Positions 57,358 through 64,000 of a stretch of DNA of 64,000 nucleotides are shown here, piece after piece. This DNA is from a virus. The first letter of the stretch is position 1, and every line of letters begins with the position of its first letter. The notes below the pieces were generated by a model that worked only from the letters and a program-made list of their open reading frames with translations, ran no database searches and had not been told where the DNA came from. The stretch is from positions 32,001-96,000 of IMG/VR virus record IMGVR_UViG_3300028920_000029; one strand, 5' to 3'. A program made the position numbers and the translations under genes.

Positions 57358-57360
57358 CTC

Positions 57361-57798
57361 CTATACGTAGTCTGCGGCGTTCGGTATTTTAGTATCCATA
57401 TCCGCTACATTTTTAAAATGATAATGCATTCTAATCGAAAAGTCAATAGCATCTTTTATTCTACCAAGAACGGACTGAAGTTTTGCGGCCTCGTCCAACA
57501 GCTTGTTGTACTCCTCATCTTTTTTAGAAGTTGATTCTCTAACAACCTGCGTTCCTATGGTGTCGTTAATAACTGTAGCGTATCTTTGCTTGGCTTCACG
57601 CTCTGCTTCAGTAGCTGAGTAGTCTAGTAATGCTTTCCAGTTGGCAAGGTTATCAGCTACGACAGCACCTTCCCTGCTTAACTCTCTTGCGTAAGTACCG
57701 CTCTGTCCACCCGCCGTACACTTCGCCTTGAACGAAGAAAACTCTGACAAGTCAACATCATCAATCGTAATTTTTTTAACAGTAAACTTAGTTCCCAT
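57361..57798 (-). CDS. Helical protein, possibly UvsY-like recombination mediator
   Basis: Size and all-helical pattern (DEEYNKL..E); the functional call is weak. Confidence 0.4.
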   Translation of the reverse strand: MGTKFTVKKITIDDVDLSEFSSFKAKCTAGGQSGTYARELSREGAVVADNLANWKALLDYSATEAEREAKQRYATVINDTIGTQVVRESTSKKDEEYNKLLDEAAKLQSVLGRIKDAIDFSIRMHYHFKNVADMDTKIPNAADYV

Positions 57799-57807
57799 TG
57801 TTACCTC

Positions 57808-58152
57808 CTACTTTTTTCCTAAGATTTTATACAACTCTTCATACATAGGTATATCTTTTTTATCCCACCCGTAATACTTTTGTCTTCTATCTTTTGAATG
57901 AACCATATAAAACTTACACTGTTGTCTGTGCCAGAATAAAAAGTATGAAGCTCTATGGTCAATATAAAATCCTAAGTACAACCAGGTATCATTTATAGTT
58001 ATCGGTAGTGCTGCGGATGGATTAGCTGTGTCCTTTGAGGAGCTCGATCCTACCGCACTACCAACAGCTAAACCAACGGCAAAGTTAGCACTAACCTGTG
58101 TAGGTAATGTAACAACTAACAAAATCAATAATACTAATGATAATCTTTTCAT
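57808..58152 (-). CDS. Exported protein
   Basis: MKRLSLVLLILLVVTLPTQVSA signal peptide. Confidence 0.6.
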   Translation of the reverse strand: MKRLSLVLLILLVVTLPTQVSANFAVGLAVGSAVGSSSSKDTANPSAALPITINDTWLYLGFYIDHRASYFLFWHRQQCKFYMVHSKDRRQKYYGWDKKDIPMYEELYKILGKK

Positions 58153-58164
58153 CTCTTTACCTCC

Positions 58165-58671
58165 TTAGAATTTTACGCTAGGACCCATTGGTGGGCCCGA
58201 TAAAGCGCATGTAAACGAAAGATGTATATTATCTTTTGCTCCGTCTGGTCTTTCAGTTAGAGCACAGAACTTAAACTCCTTATGACTGTTGTTTGTTCTT
58301 GAAGTTAATATGCTTCCCGATAATATAACTGGAGTAAATTTGGCTGTGCGCATCCAAGTCACAATCCTGTCTACTATCTCAAGCGGACTCAATTTAAGTT
58401 TTGTGCCGTCGATGGTGCACTCTGCGGTGTCTATTTCATTCATGGTTACTAAACAAACAGCATACGCTAGCATCGCCCACATCACCCAGTTTGCATCTGA
58501 CTCCCACTTAGGATTATTCTTTGCAGTATCAATAAGGTAGTCCATAATATTGACAAAAGACTCCTTACGCTCTGCGTCCCACGCACTAACTATGTCTGGT
58601 ATGTACTTTTCAAATCTCATACTTAATACTTGAGCAGCGAATAGATGACCAGTATGTTTTATTTTACCCAT
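58165..58671 (-). CDS. Hypothetical protein
   Basis: Likely start MGKIKH at 58671 with a GAGGTG RBS. Confidence 0.6.
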   Translation of the reverse strand: MGKIKHTGHLFAAQVLSMRFEKYIPDIVSAWDAERKESFVNIMDYLIDTAKNNPKWESDANWVMWAMLAYAVCLVTMNEIDTAECTIDGTKLKLSPLEIVDRIVTWMRTAKFTPVILSGSILTSRTNNSHKEFKFCALTERPDGAKDNIHLSFTCALSGPPMGPSVKF

Positions 58672-58672
58672 G

Positions 58673-59161
58673 TTACACCTCGCAAACTTTGATGTCCGCG
58701 ACAAGGCTTATGTTATTCTTCTTCTTTAATGCGTTGTGTATATACATAAGAGCCTCATCCTTGGATATTCTAGATAAAAGGTATGGAGTATTTCTTGACA
58801 CCAGCTTAGGACTTACTACTATATCATCACCAGGAGAAAACCTTAATGTAAATGCCTTTCTATTCTTGTCCTTCATACTTAACGCAATAGATATGACATC
58901 TAAATAGGTGTAAGCTGTGTGTGTCTTACTACTATTTAGTACGTCCACCGCTTTCTTCACTCCACTGAACAAAGCGTAAGCAGAAGAATACTTAGACCTA
59001 AGTATCTTTGTACTGCACCTGAAGTATCCTTCCGACATCTCTAAGAAGTAAAAGATAGGTGGCCAGTTCTTGCTGGTATACACGCTATTCTTTATCGTGG
59101 ATACCACAAACTTCTCTAGGGTAAGTATGCTTTTAACTTTAACTCTAACTTTAACACCCAT
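58673..59161 (-). CDS. Hypothetical protein, possible distant member of the paralog family
   Basis: GAGGAGG RBS; LTLEKF...TIKNS...FLEMS. Confidence 0.6.
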   Translation of the reverse strand: MGVKVRVKVKSILTLEKFVVSTIKNSVYTSKNWPPIFYFLEMSEGYFRCSTKILRSKYSSAYALFSGVKKAVDVLNSSKTHTAYTYLDVISIALSMKDKNRKAFTLRFSPGDDIVVSPKLVSRNTPYLLSRISKDEALMYIHNALKKKNNISLVADIKVCEV

Positions 59162-59176
59162 AGCTTTTCCTCCTCG

Positions 59177-59713
59177 CTACTTTAACAGCTTTAGTATTAT
59201 GTTCTCTTCTTTTCTGTTATGCAATACTTTATAACATTCCTGTGGCGCAATGTCAATAATAAATTTATCTGTTTTAATACTCGCTTTTATTGCATGGTCG
59301 TATAATTCTCTGTCTGTTTTTTCTTTACCGTAAAATCTTCGTACCCACAAGGGAGCCGTAACCATATACAGTTTACCATTTACATATTGCTGATGCACTA
59401 CGGTCGCCCTAACCCTCCTATTATTTGCTGTAAATATGTACAGGAATGGAAGACCAGACGTGAAACCATTAGGTAGTTTCTTAGCAGATGAAATAGATTT
59501 AAAGTTATTCCTAAAGGTTTCAAACTTATCGTAGTCCAACTTAAGTTTCTTTAGGCACAGCCCCCACTTGCGGATACGATGTTTCTTTGCTTCTTTTATC
59601 TTATCACTTAAAGCAAACTTAGTCTTCTTCTCTATACTTGAGTAGTCTGCTAGCTTGTCTGCTGTTATAGTAATCTCAATGTCATACTTCGATTGTACAA
59701 AATTAAATGCCAT
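59177..59713 (-). CDS. Basic hypothetical protein
   Basis: Likely start MAFNFV at 59713. Confidence 0.6.
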   Translation of the reverse strand: MAFNFVQSKYDIEITITADKLADYSSIEKKTKFALSDKIKEAKKHRIRKWGLCLKKLKLDYDKFETFRNNFKSISSAKKLPNGFTSGLPFLYIFTANNRRVRATVVHQQYVNGKLYMVTAPLWVRRFYGKEKTDRELYDHAIKASIKTDKFIIDIAPQECYKVLHNRKEENIILKLLK

Positions 59714-60008
59714 CGGGTAACTCCGATACATACAGAACAAACCCAGTTGCGAATGCCCATATAACTAAGAATATCAGGTAGTGAACTATACAGTTCCTTA
59801 TTACCTGAGCCCTGGGAATGAGCGCATTCTGCAGTGCGTCTGGAACGAGGATGAAGATGTGGCAGAAGGTAAAGAATATCGCAAACAGAACCATGCCAAA
59901 CACCGCTCCGTTTGCGTCTGCACAAGCTACCCCGAACTCCAGTATACCCATCAGAATATCAAGCACCCACCTGATGCCATTAAATATAGACTCGTATATG
60001 CTATTCAT
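59703..60008 (-). CDS. Multi-TM membrane protein
   Basis: Start MNSIYES after GAGGAGAGG; two or three hydrophobic helices. Confidence 0.6.
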   Translation of the reverse strand: MNSIYESIFNGIRWVLDILMGILEFGVACADANGAVFGMVLFAIFFTFCHIFILVPDALQNALIPRAQVIRNCIVHYLIFLVIWAFATGFVLYVSELPDGI

Positions 60009-60237
60009 CGTTATCCTCTCCTCTCTTTTTTGGAGGTACAACTTCTGCGTCCACTGTATCAAAGCAATAGATTGGGTCAAACAACTCCGTGTTAACAACC
60101 TTCCTAACCATTACAGCACAGTCGTTAGGCTTATCAGTTTTGCCATACAACACACCGTCTTTATCTTTGAGCGCGCTTACATTATGGTGTGCCACTACGG
60201 CGTACTCGTCGGGAATATTAAACTTTACTTTCTTCAT
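60001..60237 (-). CDS. Hypothetical protein
   Basis: AGGAGG RBS. Confidence 0.65.
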   Translation of the reverse strand: MKKVKFNIPDEYAVVAHHNVSALKDKDGVLYGKTDKPNDCAVMVRKVVNTELFDPIYCFDTVDAEVVPPKKRGEDNDE

Positions 60238-60266
60238 GTTACACCTCCTAAGTTTTTATGAGTCCA

Positions 60267-60323
60267 GGTCGGGGGCAGGACGTACTACAGCGAGGGAGTT
60301 CACTTCGCCTGCCCTCTTCGACC
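60267..60323 (-). other. GC-rich intergenic stem-loop
   Basis: GGTCG/CGACC and GGGCAGG/CCTGCCC nested stems. Confidence 0.5.
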
Positions 60324-60334
60324 CTATCGTAATA

Positions 60335-60661
60335 CTATCCGCGCTGAAGTTTCTTTATGCGCGTGATTTCTTTGTCGATCTTACCAGTAGCTCTTGTATA
60401 CTTCTTCCTTAACTGTTTCTTCTGAAGAAGTAACTGCTCAATCACAAGACTGAACGCCGTCTTGGTGTCTGGATCCCAGCCTATGTCGTTTGATATCTCT
60501 TTCTTCTTTCTTCTGTACCACTTTCTGCTTACCTTGGACTGGTATGCTTTCTTGCATGTCGGGCACAGCTCCCTAAGTGTCGGCACTGTCTTTCCTTTCT
60601 TTCTTGCAACTGCAATACAGCTTGAGCAAAGGTCTTTCTCTTTCAGGTTTTTACTGGCCAT
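60335..60661 (-). CDS. Basic Zn-finger/coiled-coil protein
   Basis: CSSC and CPTC; AGGAGG RBS. Confidence 0.65.
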   Translation of the reverse strand: MASKNLKEKDLCSSCIAVARKKGKTVPTLRELCPTCKKAYQSKVSRKWYRRKKKEISNDIGWDPDTKTAFSLVIEQLLLQKKQLRKKYTRATGKIDKEITRIKKLQRG

Positions 60662-60672
60662 CGTGGAACCTC

Positions 60673-61188
60673 CTAAGGTTTTAGTTGTAACGCTACATCC
60701 AAAGTTAAAAATGGATAATGCCGTCTTTCTTTTCTAACTTTTTCTAATACTTGCTCTGCAACACTTTTATCCTCACGTCCGTTAGTTTCTTTTGGAATTT
60801 CCATGTCTATTTTTTTACATTCATATATGTTCGAACCCTCCTTTCCGTCCCCGTGACATACATCATAAAACGTTACGTCTTTCAAGGAGAAATATTTAGA
60901 TTTTATATTTAGTATGTTATTAAGTAATGCTATGATTGTAGTATCCAATAGTTCGGTAACATCTAACGTTGCGTATAGTACAATACGCGAGTTCTTAATG
61001 CTTGACCTGTAAACACTAAAGTTATTTAACTCCGTATGTTCTTCTTGCAGCGATTTTAACAGTGCGTCTTCACATCTTGGGAATACTGCTGAATTCTCAT
61101 TAAACGTTCTGTAGCGAGTCATGTCAAGTTTTGTATCTGAAGCTTCGATAGCCTCAACTAACTTAAAAACATCTGATAGTTTACTCAT
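60673..61188 (-). CDS. Untagged paralog-family protein
   Basis: ELNNF...ATLDVTELLDTTIIALLNNI aligns with the cargo domains at 23.7-27.2 kb. Confidence 0.65.
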   Translation of the reverse strand: MSKLSDVFKLVEAIEASDTKLDMTRYRTFNENSAVFPRCEDALLKSLQEEHTELNNFSVYRSSIKNSRIVLYATLDVTELLDTTIIALLNNILNIKSKYFSLKDVTFYDVCHGDGKEGSNIYECKKIDMEIPKETNGREDKSVAEQVLEKVRKERRHYPFLTLDVALQLKP

Positions 61189-61303
61189 CTTCTGGACACT
61201 CAGTTAGTTGGTCTATGTATTCCTCAGCTACCTCACACCAGTAACCACCAACTTCGTCATGGTCACACGCAGAACACTCATCGTTTATTAACGGACAATA
61301 CAT
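61181..61303 (-). CDS. Small Cys-rich acidic protein (40 aa)
   Basis: GGGAGG RBS; MYCPLINDECSACDHDEVGGYWCEVAEEYIDQLTECPEDE. Confidence 0.6.
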   Translation of the reverse strand: MYCPLINDECSACDHDEVGGYWCEVAEEYIDQLTECPEDE

Positions 61304-61308
61304 TTTGT

Positions 61309-61482
61309 TTACCTCCCTAATATTGTTAAGGTTTCATCCTTAACGCAGTCTTCGTATCCAACTCTCGGACCACTTACGTACTTAATCTGTACCCACTCTC
61401 CAGCGAACGCAAGTACTTCTGCTTGCCACCCAAACTTATTTATTACTGTGTCCCCTAGCATTGCCCATGATCCGTCCATCAC
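61309..61482 (-). CDS. Small SH3-like protein
   Basis: GAGGAGG RBS; GDTVINKFGWQAEV...WVQIKYVSG. Confidence 0.55.
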   Translation of the reverse strand: MMDGSWAMLGDTVINKFGWQAEVLAFAGEWVQIKYVSGPRVGYEDCVKDETLTILGR

Positions 61483-61491
61483 TTTACCTCC

Positions 61492-61866
61492 TCAAAATGG
61501 TATGATGTATACTCTCAATTTAGATTTTATAAAACGTACTATACACTCTTCAGACCTAGACTCAGTATCAAATCTTGAGTTGTTTAGCGATACTACCACA
61601 TTATATATCCCACTAATAGACTTAATAAACGACTTGATATACTCTATTATTTTTAGGGAGGTCGATACATGTAACTCCCTAAACGTTATAGATATAGAAA
61701 CAAACTCGTATATCGTATCCTCCTTACTATACAATTTAACTTTTACATTTGGATGTCCCTTAAATTTTGTAGCAATATACTTACATAATATATAGTCTTT
61801 ACCTCTGGTAGTATGTAAGTATTCTCTATCAACATCCTTAACTCTTAGCTTTGGCAATCTTTGCAC
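61492..61866 (-). CDS. Hypothetical protein
   Basis: ORF in the operon. Confidence 0.55.
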   Translation of the reverse strand: MQRLPKLRVKDVDREYLHTTRGKDYILCKYIATKFKGHPNVKVKLYSKEDTIYEFVSISITFRELHVSTSLKIIEYIKSFIKSISGIYNVVVSLNNSRFDTESRSEECIVRFIKSKLRVYIIPF

Positions 61867-61902
61867 CTCACTACACTCCTCTGCTAAACAATCCTAGTGG
61901 CT

Positions 61903-62133
61903 TCATTTCTTTACCTCCTTTGTTTCTATAGGCCTTAACAAATGGTTAACGAATTTTCTCGTACTATTTACTCTTTTCTTGTAGTCCTGTATCAGTCTGT
62001 GTTGCACATCTACTGCTTGTTGTAGCGCACTGTAGTTCTTTTCTACAAGTTTTGGATTATTCTTTATCATTTTACGCACTTCAATCCATGAGTATCTTTT
62101 AAAGTGCGGTGCTGTTTTGCTGCGTGCCATCAC
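61903..62133 (-). CDS. Small basic coiled-coil protein
   Basis: Overlaps the ligase stop; GGAGG RBS. Confidence 0.6.
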   Translation of the reverse strand: MMARSKTAPHFKRYSWIEVRKMIKNNPKLVEKNYSALQQAVDVQHRLIQDYKKRVNSTRKFVNHLLRPIETKEVKK

Positions 62134-63260
62134 ATATCCTCCTTTGATCTAAACCCTTTGAGTACAGGGAATCTTGGTATTCCATCTGGTGACTTCTCTT
62201 GATACTTAACCGTAGCAAGTTTTCCAAGGTAGTTATTTTTTTCCACCCAAATTTTAGCCTTCTCTTTGTCAGTCATTGCTGGTCTAGCCTCAAAGGTTTT
62301 AGCGTCACCGTTAACTATTACCTCGCACACCGCAGCTCCAAGCTTACCCTCATCGTGCTTCTCACTAGTCCACCCGACTACCTTAAACTCCTCATCCTTA
62401 AAGGACTTAACCTTTAAGATATCCATCGACCTTTTATGTGTATAGTGCCCAGCTCCTAACCTGATGATAGCTCCTTCGTATCCTTCCTCTACATATTTCT
62501 TGTGGTATTCATCTACCTGGTTGGGAGATATGACCTCATCCTTTACCACCTTAACAGCTTTGTTAGGCTTAATTGACCTAAGGTGATTTCTCCTGTAGCT
62601 CCAATTCTCTTTGTTAAGTACGTCAAATATGTGGTACTGCATAGTCTTTGCCAGCGCAGTATCAACGTTCTTGTTGCTCCTTATTATAGTCTGCATCTCG
62701 TTGAACGTCTTGCCTTCGGCAAACAACTCTCCATCCACCCACTCAATATCTCCACGTAACTTAGCGCACGCCCCCTTAACTTCCTCTCCTATAAAACTTA
62801 GGTGCGCTATCTCTTTCCTGCTGCGGGAGTAGAGTTTGCCAGTCCTTACATTACACAACGCCCTGTTTCCGTCAAGCTTTGGCTGTACATAAATCTCTGT
62901 GCAAGCGTCCACTCTCTTTTTATACTTATCATAAGTGTTACAAAGCATAGGTTGTGGTATGTCGTAGTGAGTTTCCTGTGCTGTCTCGCTGGTTGTCTCC
63001 AGCTTTCCAGATATTATCTTGTAGTCCTTGTCCAGTTTCTTCCTTGCTTTTACTTCTGCTTCAAATACTGCCTGCTCCTCTGGAGTAGTGGCGTTAGCTC
63101 TGCCCTCGTTCTTACCTTTGGTATACTTAACCACCTTGGTTTGTTTCTTACCATCTTTGTATCCCCACTCGTAAGTTACGGTAGTGCCGTCAATGGTTGC
63201 TTTCCAGATGGCAGGCTTGCCGCTCTCATTCTTTTCAAGAAGTATAGTTTTCATCGTCAC
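62130..63260 (-). CDS. ATP-dependent DNA ligase with a WGR-like N-terminal domain
   Basis: QPKLDGNR (KxDG), VDGEL, YHIFD, GYEGAIIR, ILKVK and PRFPV motifs. Confidence 0.93.
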   Translation of the reverse strand: MTMKTILLEKNESGKPAIWKATIDGTTVTYEWGYKDGKKQTKVVKYTKGKNEGRANATTPEEQAVFEAEVKARKKLDKDYKIISGKLETTSETAQETHYDIPQPMLCNTYDKYKKRVDACTEIYVQPKLDGNRALCNVRTGKLYSRSRKEIAHLSFIGEEVKGACAKLRGDIEWVDGELFAEGKTFNEMQTIIRSNKNVDTALAKTMQYHIFDVLNKENWSYRRNHLRSIKPNKAVKVVKDEVISPNQVDEYHKKYVEEGYEGAIIRLGAGHYTHKRSMDILKVKSFKDEEFKVVGWTSEKHDEGKLGAAVCEVIVNGDAKTFEARPAMTDKEKAKIWVEKNNYLGKLATVKYQEKSPDGIPRFPVLKGFRSKEDM

Positions 63261-63805
63261 ACCCCCGCCTTAGTAGATGCGCCAAATCTAAGAAATTTGT
63301 ATTTCCTAGTAGTAACCCAGTCTTTATCTGTGCCATCTAAAATCCTAAGTAATCTTAAGGGTTCTATTACAAGGCTAAGTTTAGCGCTAGCCACGCAGCT
63401 ATCTGTAATAAAGGAATACCTAGCTAAACGTTTGTCGGAATCCATGCAAGATAAATCGTGAAAGCGTGTGACAAGTTCTAACTTATCTTTGTTTGTTAAT
63501 TTGTAACTAATTTCTCCATCAAACATATTGGTAAATAAAAAGTCTACTATCTTTTCGATAGTTGATATACCAAGACCCTTTAAGTCTATACGTATATACA
63601 AGCTGGCATTTATAGAATTGAGTTTGGTTACCGTCGCCTTCTTAAAAATGGGGTAAGTTTCTACTAGCTTTTCAAACATAAACTTAGGAACTTTCTTGGT
63701 GAACTTCGGCTTTAGCTCAACGGCTGAGCGTGTGTTCGCTTTAAATAGTATGTTAATTAGTACCACAATCGCTATTACTAGTACAATATTAAATACAATA
63801 GTCAT
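63257..63805 (-). CDS. N-terminally membrane-anchored protein, probable paralog-family member
   Basis: N-terminal TM; YPIFKK...IRIDLKGLGISTIEKIVDFL. Confidence 0.6.
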   Translation of the reverse strand: MTIVFNIVLVIAIVVLINILFKANTRSAVELKPKFTKKVPKFMFEKLVETYPIFKKATVTKLNSINASLYIRIDLKGLGISTIEKIVDFLFTNMFDGEISYKLTNKDKLELVTRFHDLSCMDSDKRLARYSFITDSCVASAKLSLVIEPLRLLRILDGTDKDWVTTRKYKFLRFGASTKAGV

Positions 63806-63816
63806 TTCTTTACCTC

Positions 63817-64000
63817 CTAATGATACGTTATTTTTTTCTTCTCGTCGTCAGGTTTATCTTCCTCTTCCAAGTTGTCAGTAGCTCCCCTTCTTAACTTGGC
63901 TATCTCATCTTTAACGCTAACACCTAAGGACTCTTTAAGTATTCTTTCTCCTACTGCTGAGGTAAGCGCTACCACATCCTGTGGAGTACCTATGATAAGC
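63817..64000 (-). CDS. Partial CDS (C-terminal end)
   Basis: Open frame ...LIIGTPQDVVAL...KKKITYH ending at a stop that overlaps the next RBS. Confidence 0.5.
   Translation of the reverse strand, partial: LIIGTPQDVVALTSAVGERILKESLGVSVKDEIAKLRRGATDNLEEEDKPDDEKKKITYH

Noticed and set aside
55228-63881. + strand ORFs in the right-hand region (e.g. 56312..56716, 62802..63461)
   Set aside because: They are antisense shadows of tightly packed - strand genes that have clear RBSs.
1-64000. Stop-codon reassignment
   Set aside because: Genes are long and tightly packed in code 11, and TAA, TAG and TGA all end genes directly before the next RBS or start.
1-64000. tRNA/rRNA genes, diversity-generating retroelement, endolysin
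   Set aside because: I recognised no cloverleaf or rRNA-like stretch, no reverse transcriptase or TR/VR pair, and no peptidoglycan hydrolase motif by eye; tRNAscan and HMM searches would be needed to exclude them fully.

Overview
This 64 kb window is part of a large, AT-rich tailed-phage (myovirus) genome read in the standard genetic code. Positions 1-54754 form one + strand block. It begins with three Thr-Pro-Thr-linker surface-type proteins that share a C-terminal domain, then carries a near-complete virion morphogenesis module: terminase large subunit, portal, scaffold-like protein, decoration protein, HK97-type major capsid, adaptor/neck proteins, prohead protease, tail sheath, tube, chaperone with a -1 frameshift, a short tape measure and baseplate genes. 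Many probable head-internal proteins and two free-standing homing-type endonucleases are interspersed. Positions 54751-64000 are small - strand early/middle-type genes, including a sigma-70 region-2-only protein and an ATP-dependent DNA ligase. I saw no tRNA, rRNA, CRISPR array, integrase or endolysin. The most notable observations are: (1) a tandem-HNH gene whose 3' end can fold into a 3-way-junction RNA with two exposed strands complementary to its own RBS and start codon; (2) an array of cargo domains each preceded by an S-x-V-N-L-K-K/R tag encoded by a conserved 12-nt DNA repeat, drawn from a paralog family that also occurs untagged on the opposite strand; (3) TPT-linker proteins, two with visible signal peptides, sharing a C-terminal module; (4) a recurrent DATG motif in outer virion proteins; (5) a catalytically degenerate LigD-polymerase-like domain fused to a HAD phosphatase. 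All family calls come from motif recognition by eye, and no database search or folding program was run.
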